Both the position numbers and the translations under genes were made by a program. The notes beneath the pieces are model-generated. The model saw only the letters and a list, made by a program, of their open reading frames with translations. It was not told the origin of the DNA and ran no database searches. From a virus (Duplodnaviria; Caudoviricetes), in IMG/VR virus record IMGVR_UViG_3300031802_000004, positions 1 to 38,576 of that record: 38,576 bases of DNA. The stretch is one strand, 5' to 3'. Positions 25,282-35,135 of this stretch are shown here, one piece after another (within the stretch, counting starts at the first letter, position 1; the number at the start of each line of letters is the position of its first letter).

Positions 25282-27198
25282 TTATATTATTTCACATCCA
25301 GTGGGGGCTGAACAGGCCAATTCTTGAGCCCCAGTTGTCATGTCTTGTTCTTCATATTCACTTAACAATTCCCAACTTACCTCTTTGGGCATATCAGCTA
25401 TTAGTTTATCATATTCTTCTTTTGTACAGTCTTGATAAGGTGCTTGTCTGTATGAATGTTCTGTCATTGGTAAAAAAGAAACTCCCGACATTTGATCAAA
25501 ATGTTCCCATACCCATGAACCAACATTCATCCATTCGTGCTCTTGTACAGATACCGTAACAGACGGTTTATGTTCACACCAGTTATCTTGATATATTTTC
25601 CACAGTTCTAATTGTTCAATAGCAGACATATCTTTTCTATATACACCATTACGGGGTCCTTTAACAGGAAAAGAAAATACTAGTGTATGTTCGGGTTTTG
25701 TTACATCAGGTTCACACGGAAATCCTGCTTCTATCATCATTTTTGCCAATGGGTCTTTTTTATCTGCTCGTATTGTTCTAATATAATAAGGATTATGACG
25801 TGCATGTATACCAGAAGCACTGTCAACTAATTGTGATACTGTACCAGAAGGCTTAACACAAGTAATAGCGGCAGATTGATTAATACCTAATATTTTAGAC
25901 AATTCTTTATTTGTGTTTATAGATACTTGTTTTAATTGTTGTAATAAATTTTCTAAACCTTTTCCTTTGCCGTTAGTTAATTTACTATCCATAATTCCTG
26001 TTAAAGAAACACCAAGCAATCTTTCTTCATAACAACTTTCTGTCCACTTTCTACTAATGTATTTAAAATTAATTAAAGTAGATTGCCATGTACCTAATAT
26101 AGTTGCTAACTTTACTTTTTCTTTTAATGATTCTTCTGTATCATTTTCGCGGATAACAACTTCTGACAAATTGCAAAATTCACGTGACCGCAAAATTATT
26201 TCTGAACAAGGATTTGTACCAAAGTCATGTTCTGAATCTCGTCTACCACTTTTTCCTGCTTGTTCTTTTGCAGCTGCTCTATTAAAAATACCACGCTCAC
26301 CCGACTTAGATTCGTAAAGAGATTGCCATTCGTCCATAAAAATACCCATGTCGGGTCGTTCAGTATAACAAGCAGAATTATTAGCAAGTGCTCGTTGTAC
26401 ATTCCGTTCCCACCACTGTCCTGACTTTGCTAACCGCATTCTGTCATCACTTAAATTTGACAAACTAATTAACGCAGAACGTCGTACACCACCTACTACT
26501 ACTATCTCTGCAATTTTACAAACAATGTCATGACACTCTAATGATGTTAGTTTTCTGCCAGCTGCATTACGAAAAATATCTGATGTAAATCTAAATAAAT
26601 CTTCTAAAGGTTGTGGACCAGATGCCCTTCCTCCAAATGTTTTTAACGGAGAACCTGCAGACCGAACTCTACTTAAATCCCACTGAGGAATTTGTCCTGC
26701 ATACAATAGGTGAATTAATTCACGTAATGCTTTGGCCCAACCTAATTTACTATCTGAAATAATAAGAGTTGTATCTGTTTCAAAAAACTCTTCATTGACA
26801 ATAGGAAGTAAACTTACAAATTGACGTTCTACACTAAATCCTACACCAGTACCATTCATTAATACATAAAGAACTTCGTCAAATGCTCGTATAGAATCTA
26901 TTGCAATATACGAACAATTATAACCTGATACATTTTCTCGTTTTAATGCTTCTCCTGCTGTCATAAGACAACGCATTGAAGGCATTACTTCTAAATTTAA
27001 AACTGCATTTCTTAATGTATTTTTTGCTTGTGTAGAAACGTTAAAATTGCACTGCTCAGATAAATGTTCTTCAAAAAAATTAAAATATCTATCTACTGTT
27101 TCTGTCCATGTTTCTCGTCGTGTGTCTTCATATCTATATCGTGAATATCTCGAAAGATGAATAAATTGTTGATATAGAGTTGGTAGTTGGATACTCAT
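25282..27198 (-). CDS. nrdJ: class II (B12-dependent) ribonucleotide reductase
   Basis: PSMR, YNCS, GGVRRSALI, TNPCSEI, FCNLSEV, KPSGTVS, EHKPS, C-terminal LACSAPTGC; no small subunit adjacent. Confidence 0.93.
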   Translation of the reverse strand: MSIQLPTLYQQFIHLSRYSRYRYEDTRRETWTETVDRYFNFFEEHLSEQCNFNVSTQAKNTLRNAVLNLEVMPSMRCLMTAGEALKRENVSGYNCSYIAIDSIRAFDEVLYVLMNGTGVGFSVERQFVSLLPIVNEEFFETDTTLIISDSKLGWAKALRELIHLLYAGQIPQWDLSRVRSAGSPLKTFGGRASGPQPLEDLFRFTSDIFRNAAGRKLTSLECHDIVCKIAEIVVVGGVRRSALISLSNLSDDRMRLAKSGQWWERNVQRALANNSACYTERPDMGIFMDEWQSLYESKSGERGIFNRAAAKEQAGKSGRRDSEHDFGTNPCSEIILRSREFCNLSEVVIRENDTEESLKEKVKLATILGTWQSTLINFKYISRKWTESCYEERLLGVSLTGIMDSKLTNGKGKGLENLLQQLKQVSINTNKELSKILGINQSAAITCVKPSGTVSQLVDSASGIHARHNPYYIRTIRADKKDPLAKMMIEAGFPCEPDVTKPEHTLVFSFPVKGPRNGVYRKDMSAIEQLELWKIYQDNWCEHKPSVTVSVQEHEWMNVGSWVWEHFDQMSGVSFLPMTEHSYRQAPYQDCTKEEYDKLIADMPKEVSWELLSEYEEQDMTTGAQELACSAPTGCEII

Positions 27199-27238
27199 AA
27201 CTCTCCTTTAAATTTTTTTCAATATGAAAACTCTCCTT

Positions 27239-27259
27239 AAGTAATTTACTAAATTACTT
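27239..27259. promoter_or_regulatory. perfect palindrome upstream of nrdJ (operator-like)
   Basis: AAGTAATTTA-C-TAAATTACTT. Confidence 0.45.
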
Positions 27260-27931
27260 TTAACCTAGAGTGTTCCAAAGTTTTGCGTTATAATAAAATT
27301 TAGCAGTTGAAGACAATCCGTTACTATATTTTAATATAATATCATCACTGACTTTTACAACCGAAAATGTAATTCCTGTAGATGCTGTCTCAAGAAAATC
27401 GTTATCAAAAACTGGTGGATTCGTTCCATCATATAAAATTCGTATTGTACCTACAGCCATTACACCACTAGCATTCTTTATTGAAAAATTTACTACACAC
27501 GTATTAAATATCGTGCCATCAAAAAGAAAACCAGTATCTTCATCTGTAGCAGATGCATTAAATTGAAGCACTCGGGTATATTCTTCATTTTGTTCTACAT
27601 CAATTTCAGAGTTAAACCCTACTTTTATAGTATCGCCGATTGTTAATATGCCGGCGCCGAATGTTAAGGAAACTCCTGTAATTGTATAATCTGTTCCTGG
27701 ATTTTTAGGTGTATCATTTACAAGAACTTTTACTGTACTTCTAGCAACTCTAGCCTCTAATGTATATGTTAGAACAACTGGGTCTGGTACTGTAAAAGTT
27801 TGTAAGGGGTTACCTATGAATAATCGTTGTTTATCCGTTGCGTAACCGGGCTCCCCTTCATTGAGTAAGGGAAGATCTATCATATCTCCTCGTCGAAATA
27901 ATATACGAGAAATTTTAGTTGTTGCTGCCAT
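27260..27931 (-). CDS. putative virion/tail-associated protein
   Basis: RILFRRG..LPLLNEGEPGYATDKQRLFIGN N-terminal tail-fibre-type motif; beta-rich. Confidence 0.7.
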   Translation of the reverse strand: MAATTKISRILFRRGDMIDLPLLNEGEPGYATDKQRLFIGNPLQTFTVPDPVVLTYTLEARVARSTVKVLVNDTPKNPGTDYTITGVSLTFGAGILTIGDTIKVGFNSEIDVEQNEEYTRVLQFNASATDEDTGFLFDGTIFNTCVVNFSIKNASGVMAVGTIRILYDGTNPPVFDNDFLETASTGITFSVVKVSDDIILKYSNGLSSTAKFYYNAKLWNTLG

Positions 27932-27958
27932 GGTTAAATCCTGTTTTTGTTGTTATTG

Positions 27959-28654
27959 TTATTTATTGAGATTGTAGTACTCACTAACTTTTTCACCCCA
28001 TTTCTCAGCATAATTTTCGAACTCATTTTCATCAATAACATACTCCTGATACAACCCAGCACTTTCACCATCCCATGTAATCATCATTATTACTATATTT
28101 TCTATATGTGTATCATATAACGAATTATGGGCAAGTGCATATGCTACACCTTGTAAAAAATAGTCATCTACCCACTCTCGTTTCTTTGGTTTTTTAGTTG
28201 TTTTAAAATCTATTATTGTCTGTTTATTTTTCCATACGCCTACACAGTCTGTTGTTCCTGCATATAGATCAGGATAAAACAAAGATACTTCTGTCCCCCA
28301 TACTTCATCCAAATTCTTAAAACCTTGTTCAATAACTATATCTGCTAATTTTTCTGCTCGCTTATATATAATGTTAGATTTTGTTGTCGTTTCCTTTCCA
28401 TTTATATGATTTTCTAACATTGAATGAACAACCGTTCCTATATTGGCTGCTTCACTTGTTATTTTTTGTGCTTCTTGTATACCTATGCGTTTCCGCCATG
28501 CAGATAACGCCCTACGTGACTCTTGGGATTTTGTTGCATCTAATATTGTTGTTACACTAGGAACATTACCGGAGGGGGTAGAATATAATCTTTTGTTTTG
28601 TTTTGTTGTTCTTTTAAGAGAGGTATACGGATATAATTCGACTAATAATGACAT
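27959..28654 (-). CDS. PD-(D/E)XK exonuclease
   Basis: VPSVTTIL, GTVVH, EVSL, YAGTTD, IIDFKT, QGVAYALA. Confidence 0.9.
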   Translation of the reverse strand: MSLLVELYPYTSLKRTTKQNKRLYSTPSGNVPSVTTILDATKSQESRRALSAWRKRIGIQEAQKITSEAANIGTVVHSMLENHINGKETTTKSNIIYKRAEKLADIVIEQGFKNLDEVWGTEVSLFYPDLYAGTTDCVGVWKNKQTIIDFKTTKKPKKREWVDDYFLQGVAYALAHNSLYDTHIENIVIMMITWDGESAGLYQEYVIDENEFENYAEKWGEKVSEYYNLNK

Positions 28655-28660
28655 ATACTA

Positions 28661-28689
28661 ATTGTACATAACATACATGAAATTGTCAA
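28661..28689 (-). promoter_or_regulatory. sigma70-type promoter, leaderless start
   Basis: TTGACA-17 nt-TACAAT-6 nt-ATG. Confidence 0.75.
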
Positions 28690-28695
28690 GTTATT

Positions 28696-29556
28696 TTACC
28701 ATTCAATTACCCATTTAAATGTTATTGTAGTTGTACTGTTAACTTTTTGTGTTATAGAGTAAGCCAAGTCTTTAAAATGTTTACTAACTTGTGCCATTTG
28801 ATCAAGTTTTACTTTATCTGTAATAAGATTTTGCCAAGTTTTGTAATAATCTTGTGCAAGTAAATATTTTGTGGCATTTGTTGCACCGCCACCTGCAATT
28901 GTTACAGTTGGTATTGTTACATAACCGCCGCCGACGGCTGTTACTGTAAAAGTATCTATTCCACCTCCTGAAACTGTCACTGTTGCTGTTGCCTGTACAT
29001 TAGGAGAAGCAACCGTTGCTACTGGAGGTAATGTATAATTTGAACCAGCGCCTGTTAATGCATATCCTATTACTCGACCTATAGTATCTGTTGTAGCAAT
29101 AACAGAAGCACCTGCGCCTGTTGTATCACCGACTGCATTTGTCATTGTTACTATTGGTGCTGTAACTGAATCATAACCAGAACCATATGTTGCTGGTACA
29201 ATGTTACTCAATGCACCACCTGAAATTGAAGTAGTATTTGTTGCTGTTTCTCCATCTGGTGCAGCTATTGTTACAGTTGGAGCAGATGTATAACCAGTCC
29301 CCGCGGCTGCAACAGAAATTGCAGTTATTTTAAATAAATTGTTATAAGGTACAGCAGGATTTAAATTACTTGCAGTTCCAAGTCCGTCTATTTGAGTAGA
29401 CCACGTCATAACAGAGTTGCCGTCTACTTCAACAGATAGCAATCCTGCTTCAACAGCAGTTAATATTTCTGTTTCAATGTCACGAATTTCTGCGTGTATA
29501 ACAGAATCTATTCTTGCTTTTGTTCGTGCCTGACTGGCTGTTAACATTGCTACCAT
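28696..29556 (-). CDS. virion structural protein with GxGY..PTV repeats
   Basis: AGTGYTSAPTVTI, YGSGYDSVTAPIV, AGSNYTLPPVA, GGGYVTIPTVTI. Confidence 0.7.
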   Translation of the reverse strand: MVAMLTASQARTKARIDSVIHAEIRDIETEILTAVEAGLLSVEVDGNSVMTWSTQIDGLGTASNLNPAVPYNNLFKITAISVAAAGTGYTSAPTVTIAAPDGETATNTTSISGGALSNIVPATYGSGYDSVTAPIVTMTNAVGDTTGAGASVIATTDTIGRVIGYALTGAGSNYTLPPVATVASPNVQATATVTVSGGGIDTFTVTAVGGGYVTIPTVTIAGGGATNATKYLLAQDYYKTWQNLITDKVKLDQMAQVSKHFKDLAYSITQKVNSTTTITFKWVIEW

Positions 29557-29891
29557 TATTTAATTTCCTTCTTAAGTTGACGTTTAGCCATTTTACTTAT
29601 TGTTTTTTCTTCTTTATCTGCTACATCCGGCGATACATATCTTTCAGCATCTGTTGTTGCAATTTTAATCGTGTCTTGATTTGCCATTGCTACAACCGGA
29701 TGTCCTGATAAAATTTGTACTACTGTTACTAGGTCTACGCCTACATATCCCATACTTCTTAAGTCCATGACTACTTGATTTGTGTTTACTTCAGTTGTAC
29801 CTTCAGCAGACGCTGTGACGAGAAGATTAATTATCTCATCACGTAAATCATTTACATATTCACCGGCCTCAAAAAGTTCTGTTAATCTCAT
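29556..29891 (-). CDS. hypothetical protein
   Basis: ORF in a tightly packed operon; MRLTELFE N-terminus. Confidence 0.75.
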   Translation of the reverse strand: MRLTELFEAGEYVNDLRDEIINLLVTASAEGTTEVNTNQVVMDLRSMGYVGVDLVTVVQILSGHPVVAMANQDTIKIATTDAERYVSPDVADKEEKTISKMAKRQLKKEIK

Positions 29892-32392
29892 TTCATTGAT
29901 TTGATAATTTGACGTAAAACTTTATCGTTGTACTTGCCTTCTCTTAATGCAGTTTTTAAAGCACGTTTTGCTTTTTCTACGCTTTCTTTTTTAACTGCTC
30001 TACCCAATGATATATTTTCTGGTCCTGCAGCTGCGTCGGCTCCATCTAAACTAATTTCGTCGTCGCCTCCTAGTCCATCATCCATATCAGTGTCGCCCAT
30101 ATCCATAGACATATCATCTGTTCCCATGTCTGTAGACATAGCAGATTTGTCACCAGTTAAAACTAATACTGCATTTTGAACTTGCTCATGCGTTCCTTTA
30201 ATTCCTTCTAGTGCAGAACCTAATGCAGCTTCAACAGAACCATTGAATTGCTCGCCTGCTTCAGGACCATATTCTTCTTTAATCCTGTCTACTAGAGGCA
30301 TTAAATTTTCAACTTGCATTTTAGCCAAATCTTCTGCGATATCTTGTAGTTGTACTACCATATCCTTCGCAGCCAATGCTAATTCTGCTTGATCAAGATC
30401 TTGCTCTAAAAGTTTTTTCAAATTTTTAAAAGTTGCTTCTTCATTCATTACGTTTCCTCTACGTTTAATACTACTATTTAGTTTGCCGTATGGCCAAATG
30501 CCATATCCTCCAAGAGAACCAAACGTCTGCCCTCTTGGTTCGGGTCTATCTTTTGCACCAGTTCCTGAAGGACCTGGAATGGGAATTCCTGGTAACCATG
30601 GCAGTCTCTTTTTTCCGCCTTTCTTTCCCTTGCCGGTATTTGTTCTTGTCTGCGTTCCTACGTTAGTTCCTACGTTAGTTCTAGCTATAGTAGGAGCACC
30701 TGCAATTGTTGTTATTGTTCCAGTATTTGCTACATCTCTAGCTACATCTCTAGTTCCGGCGCCAGTTGTTATACCTGGAGTGGCAACTATACCGCCCGTA
30801 GCCGTAGGTTTAACGTCTATTCCATATCCTGGAGGGTGATGGCCATCGCGTGACTGTGGATCAATAGCTACTCCGGGCGGAGCATGATCCACATCAATTT
30901 GTGGTGTAACATGTTGTGGTGTAACATGTTGTGGTGTAACATGTTGTGGTGTAACATAAGGAGGCGATGCTGTTCGTCCTTTTGGCTCAGCCATCATTCC
31001 TTGATCATCATATTTAATATCAGCACTAGCAATAGCATTAGCGGCTGTTGCCGCGGCGGTTGCCTGTTGCGCGGCAATTTGTGCTTGCTGTGCGGTACTA
31101 TATTCGGCGCCCATATCAACACCAGTTACTGGTATTGCATCTGCCGCAGCTCTATCATCAAATCCCCGGGTGTCGGCTTGTTGATATCCCTGTGCCGCAA
31201 TAGCATCAGCGGCTGTTGCCGCGGCGGCTATTCTTGGGTCAGCAGTAGCTCCTGTGCCTCGCCCCTTATAGTCTACAGGATCGTCTAGTCCATATTTGTC
31301 ATCACCAACTGATTGATTTTTAATAGCATTAATAGTTGCCGCAACATCACTATCTAATGTTGCTTTGACTCGATCAGCTTGTGCGCTTGTATAATCGGCT
31401 CCTTTCATGTCTGGATGTGTTTTAATTATAGAGTCTACTGCGGCCGCTAATACTGTTTTTGCATTTTTTACTCCCGGCTCGTCACCAGCATCTATAGCTA
31501 TTTGTGCGGCTGTAGCGGCTGTGACGGCCGCTGTAGCTGCCGCGTCATCTGCTACTTTTTGTTGATGTTCTGGATCTCCTTTAATATAATCTTTCCAGCC
31601 ACCGTGAACGTTAGGATAAAGAGAAGTTGCTTGTATAAATGCTCCTTTTAATGCCAACTCACGTGCAATTTCAAAATTTGCCGCTGCCAAATCTTCATTT
31701 GGGTCACCAGCATCTGACGAATGTGTCATTAAACTTATAAAACTTACACCTTTAAGTACTGTCCTAGCAATAACTCCTGCTTTAGCACCACCTAGTACTT
31801 TAGTTAACCAACCTATACTGTCATCGGCCGCATTTACTACTGTAGTTCCAATATTCGCATATATTCCACTAGGAACTCCTGAAAATGCCGCTCGAGCAGC
31901 TGTTAATCCAGCCGTTGTTGTAATACCAGCAGAATTAATATTAAGTTCATTTGCAAAACGTTGTGCTAGTTCAGGGTTTTTTGTTAATATTTCTGTAATG
32001 TCTATAGATTTTCCGTCGTCTGTTTTATACATAAATTTTAAATCTTTACCATCTCCACTCGATGACATAAGTTTTCCTGATTCAGGATCTATTAATGTTG
32101 GTAATGTATATTTCTCTGTTTCTGTTTTTTCTTTAGATCTAGTAGGTGTGCGTCCTGGAACTTTGCGCTCAATTAACTGTTTTAAATATTGTTCAAATAA
32201 AACAACTCTATTATATTCTGCTAAATTAAAATTTCTATATAATTCTTGTTTTGCATCTTGTACTTGTTGAAGTGCTTTCTTAGCAGAATTACCGGATACT
32301 GGATCCTTTACCGTATAACCATAATTTTTTTCAAGAATATTTTTAATATCCGTATGTTCTTGTTCTTTATTTCTTAAGTTATTTAAAAGCAT
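29888..32392 (-). CDS. large putative virion/head-internal protein with low-complexity central region
   Basis: 834 aa; helical N- and C-terminal domains flanking Ala/Thr/Pro-rich repeats. Confidence 0.75.
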   Translation of the reverse strand: MLLNNLRNKEQEHTDIKNILEKNYGYTVKDPVSGNSAKKALQQVQDAKQELYRNFNLAEYNRVVLFEQYLKQLIERKVPGRTPTRSKEKTETEKYTLPTLIDPESGKLMSSSGDGKDLKFMYKTDDGKSIDITEILTKNPELAQRFANELNINSAGITTTAGLTAARAAFSGVPSGIYANIGTTVVNAADDSIGWLTKVLGGAKAGVIARTVLKGVSFISLMTHSSDAGDPNEDLAAANFEIARELALKGAFIQATSLYPNVHGGWKDYIKGDPEHQQKVADDAAATAAVTAATAAQIAIDAGDEPGVKNAKTVLAAAVDSIIKTHPDMKGADYTSAQADRVKATLDSDVAATINAIKNQSVGDDKYGLDDPVDYKGRGTGATADPRIAAAATAADAIAAQGYQQADTRGFDDRAAADAIPVTGVDMGAEYSTAQQAQIAAQQATAAATAANAIASADIKYDDQGMMAEPKGRTASPPYVTPQHVTPQHVTPQHVTPQIDVDHAPPGVAIDPQSRDGHHPPGYGIDVKPTATGGIVATPGITTGAGTRDVARDVANTGTITTIAGAPTIARTNVGTNVGTQTRTNTGKGKKGGKKRLPWLPGIPIPGPSGTGAKDRPEPRGQTFGSLGGYGIWPYGKLNSSIKRRGNVMNEEATFKNLKKLLEQDLDQAELALAAKDMVVQLQDIAEDLAKMQVENLMPLVDRIKEEYGPEAGEQFNGSVEAALGSALEGIKGTHEQVQNAVLVLTGDKSAMSTDMGTDDMSMDMGDTDMDDGLGGDDEISLDGADAAAGPENISLGRAVKKESVEKAKRALKTALREGKYNDKVLRQIIKSMK
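30899..30957. repeat. 15-bp coding tandem repeat, about 4 copies (VTPQH)
   Basis: TTGTGGTGTAACATG x3 plus one partial copy. Confidence 0.95.
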
Positions 32393-32396
32393 GTTA

Positions 32397-32963
32397 TTAC
32401 CTGAACATTTGTTTTCTTATTTCACGTCTAGTATGTATTACTTTACGTTTATTCTCTTCAAATTGTGTTTCGTACAATTCTACATCAAAAGAATCATTAT
32501 CTCTTTTAAGAAGAGTTTTATAATGCTTTGCTTCATTTAATTTACTACCATATGTGCCGTCTAGTTTATAAATGTCATTTGCTTCTATATCTTTATTTTT
32601 AAGAAGTGCATTAACAATTCCTACTGCACTTTCAAACAAGGATATATTATCATACAATGTTTCTTTATGTCTATTTTGAACTTTATATGATTTTGTACTC
32701 TTTTCAATTATTATTTCATAATCTAATATACCTACACCAGATTCAGTTTTATTTGTCATAGCAATAATATCGCTAGGAGTTTTATCTTTTCTAGCTTGCT
32801 TTGCTACTTTTTTTGTAGATTCGTTTAATCTACTTAATATAGTAGACATTGCCTTAACATCGGGGTTCGAAGACCCCGATGTCTTGGCAGCTTTTAATCC
32901 CTTGCCACTTAACTTAGACATCAAGTCTTTCATGGCTTTTGTATCTTCTGGTGTATGTCCCAT
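32397..32963 (-). CDS. hypothetical protein
   Basis: 188-aa ORF in operon; internal repeat KAMKDLMSKL/KAMSTILSRL. Confidence 0.75.
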   Translation of the reverse strand: MGHTPEDTKAMKDLMSKLSGKGLKAAKTSGSSNPDVKAMSTILSRLNESTKKVAKQARKDKTPSDIIAMTNKTESGVGILDYEIIIEKSTKSYKVQNRHKETLYDNISLFESAVGIVNALLKNKDIEANDIYKLDGTYGSKLNEAKHYKTLLKRDNDSFDVELYETQFEENKRKVIHTRREIRKQMFR

Positions 32964-32973
32964 ATTATTTTAC

Positions 32974-33117
32974 TTAGACTTCGGCTTCGCCGCTGCCTGG
33001 AATCATCGATGACATTTCCCACCAACCTATTGCGTCACCAAGAAATCCTACCACAATAACTCCTACTACTATGAGTAGAATTTTGTGTTTTTTACTCAAT
33101 TCGTTGAACTTTTTCAT
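32974..33117 (-). CDS. 47-aa single-TM membrane protein
   Basis: Not in ORF track. AAGGAG SD; MKKFNELSKKHKILLIVVGVIVVGFLGDAIGWWEMSSMIPGSGEAEV. Confidence 0.7.
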   Translation of the reverse strand: MKKFNELSKKHKILLIVVGVIVVGFLGDAIGWWEMSSMIPGSGEAEV

Positions 33118-33131
33118 ATCTTATATCTCCT

Positions 33132-33374
33132 TTATATAGTATAATCAATGTAAGTGGCAGTACTTGTATTCGCTCCAAACTTAATACTGTCACCGTCTTG
33201 TAGGCGCAATAATGCACCTTTACTAACTAGGTTTCTCGCAAGTTCATTTTCTCTTTCCGATAAATCTTCTTTATAAAGGAAACCATCCGTAGATTCGTTT
33301 ATTTTACTAATTAATTTATATTCTCTATTACCAACAGGCATAATAAGGCCGCCTTGTATTTCTATTATCCTCAT
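33132..33374 (-). CDS. hypothetical protein (winged-helix-like)
   Basis: DLSERENELARNLVSKGALLR. Confidence 0.7.
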   Translation of the reverse strand: MRIIEIQGGLIMPVGNREYKLISKINESTDGFLYKEDLSERENELARNLVSKGALLRLQDGDSIKFGANTSTATYIDYTI

Positions 33375-33946
33375 ACCAATCCTGCCGCTTTTAATAATTT
33401 ATCTATTCTATCTGATGTTTTTTTGTCTGCTGGTATAACTGTACCATCTGCTTTAGTAACTGAAGTAGTAGGTTGATTTTGAGGATTTCTAGATGCAACA
33501 CCGGTTGGTTGTTTACCCTGGACACCCTTGCCTGCAACTGCTCTCATTTCTTTTCTGCCACCAGCAATTGCACCTTTATCTGAAAATGCAGAAGAATATC
33601 CAGTAGTGCCTGTGGGTTGCGTAGGTATAGTTTCTCTAGACTGTTTTACATTATTACCTGGATTTCTACCTGTTGCATGAGTAGGTGATAATCTTTCATT
33701 TGCTTGTATATGAAGACCAGGAACATAAGGTCCTATAATATCTAATATAGTATTCATGTCATGTTCTTCAACTGCATCATTTAATGCCAATAAATCACTT
33801 AATCGTATATGTTTCATAGCAGATTCTATATCAGAAGAACTAATATCATAATCACTGTAGTTCTGTAATACAGAAGTTAATGTTTTTGCCACACTATGAT
33901 TTTCTTTTAATGATTCGAAAAAAATTGTCATTTTATTTTTTACCAA
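33371..33946 (-). CDS. hypothetical protein
   Basis: ORF in operon; ends RIDKLLKAAGL; true start may be MTIFF. Confidence 0.7.
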   Translation of the reverse strand: MVKNKMTIFFESLKENHSVAKTLTSVLQNYSDYDISSSDIESAMKHIRLSDLLALNDAVEEHDMNTILDIIGPYVPGLHIQANERLSPTHATGRNPGNNVKQSRETIPTQPTGTTGYSSAFSDKGAIAGGRKEMRAVAGKGVQGKQPTGVASRNPQNQPTTSVTKADGTVIPADKKTSDRIDKLLKAAGLV

Positions 33947-34229
33947 TTTTGTTAAGGCGAGCTACTCGTTTACTTGTAGGATTAACTCTCTTTGTTCGTT
34001 GAATTTTTCTTTGTATTCTACTACCCATTCTTGCTTTAGTCCGCTTAAGAGTAAAACGTTTTTTAATATCCAATGGTGCCGAACATTGACTCATATTTGC
34101 AACAATGCGACCCTTTCTACGACCAAATGTACATCTAAATTTACGTACAACTTTTTGTCCGCGGCGAGCCCAAACCATTTTGGTCTCGGCAATTAAAGGA
34201 TTTGGTTCAAAAAATTCATTCAGTTGCAT
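33933..34229 (-). CDS. highly basic hypothetical protein
   Basis: Arg/Lys-rich; WARRGQKVVRKFRCTFGRRKGR. Confidence 0.75.
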   Translation of the reverse strand: MQLNEFFEPNPLIAETKMVWARRGQKVVRKFRCTFGRRKGRIVANMSQCSAPLDIKKRFTLKRTKARMGSRIQRKIQRTKRVNPTSKRVARLNKIGKK

Positions 34230-34267
34230 TGGATAACCTTAATATTATATTATAATATTTAGCAAAA

Positions 34268-34534
34268 TTATCCCATTTGAATGAGCATCACTACGATAGT
34301 AGACAGTAGCCCTGCCATTATGGTCCCTGTCGCACCAATGACAACCTTGGTCATGCTTTGGTGAGATGAGGTAATTTTGTCTTTAAGTTCTAAGACAATA
34401 GTATATAAAGTATCTTGCCTGGTTTCTATCACTTTTAATTTTTCATGCATAGTATTATACCTCTCAGCACATAAATCTACGTGAGCTTCAAGCGATTCTT
34501 TTTCTATCCTATATACAGCCTTACCATTTGGCAT
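34268..34534 (-). CDS. coiled-coil protein with C-terminal TM (holin/XhlA-like topology)
   Basis: IEKESLEAHVDLCAERY, coiled coil, hydrophobic C-terminus; GAGGA SD. Confidence 0.7.
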   Translation of the reverse strand: MPNGKAVYRIEKESLEAHVDLCAERYNTMHEKLKVIETRQDTLYTIVLELKDKITSSHQSMTKVVIGATGTIMAGLLSTIVVMLIQMG

Positions 34535-34585
34535 AAATTAAATTCCTCTAGAACTACTTTTCAAATAAGTAGAATATCAGTTCGA

Positions 34586-34657
34586 GAGCCTGAGCGTGCC
34601 TAAAGTGAGCCTAAGTTAGTTATTAATGTGCCTGTATTAGCCTTTACAAATTTGTAA
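34586..34657 (-). repeat. phased AGGC repeat array plus 14-bp palindrome in an intergenic region
   Basis: GCCT at 34588, 34598, 34609, 34630, 34640; TTACAAATTTGTAA at 34644-34657. Confidence 0.6.
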
Positions 34658-34680
34658 CTTAATGTTTGTTACACTTGTAT

Positions 34681-35133
34681 TTATAGCTCTGTATTTTTAA
34701 TAATATAGGTATTTTTGTCATCTGCAGACACACAATCAAACGTAACACCGACTGTTGCTGATTCATCTAGGTTTTTGAATACAGGAACAGCATTAATATC
34801 TCCTACTAACCCATCTACACTTGTTTGATTAGCAAATTCTGTTGCAAATTTAGTAATCCATATAGAATGATTGCCTGCATGACCGGTTCCAAATTCATAA
34901 TTAGATAAATCTTGCCCAACTAGTTTCATGACAGAACTTATAAACGGTTGGCATCGAAGTCCTATTGTTTGTAATAGTACACTAAGATTTTGTGCTTGTT
35001 GGTATTCTTTACCTGACCCGGTTGTTATACCAGTATCTGTAACATCTATTAACGTATAAATGGTGAAAAATTCTGTATCACCATGGCTAGATTCGCCTGG
35101 TCGAAATATTCCACTAGGGGTGGGATTTGTCAT
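34681..35133 (-). CDS. hypothetical (putative virion) protein
   Basis: 150-aa ORF; YTLIDVTDTG..QAQNLSVLLQTIGLRCQP. Confidence 0.7.
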   Translation of the reverse strand: MTNPTPSGIFRPGESSHGDTEFFTIYTLIDVTDTGITTGSGKEYQQAQNLSVLLQTIGLRCQPFISSVMKLVGQDLSNYEFGTGHAGNHSIWITKFATEFANQTSVDGLVGDINAVPVFKNLDESATVGVTFDCVSADDKNTYIIKNTEL

Positions 35134-35135
35134 TT

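Noticed and set aside
25282-27259. Cobalamin riboswitch, intron or intein at nrdJ
   Set aside because: The leader is only about 60 nt with no riboswitch core, and the ORF is continuous with no obvious insertion.
30899-30957. Possible CRISPR array
   Set aside because: The 15-bp units are contiguous, have no spacers, lie in frame within a CDS, and no cas genes are present.
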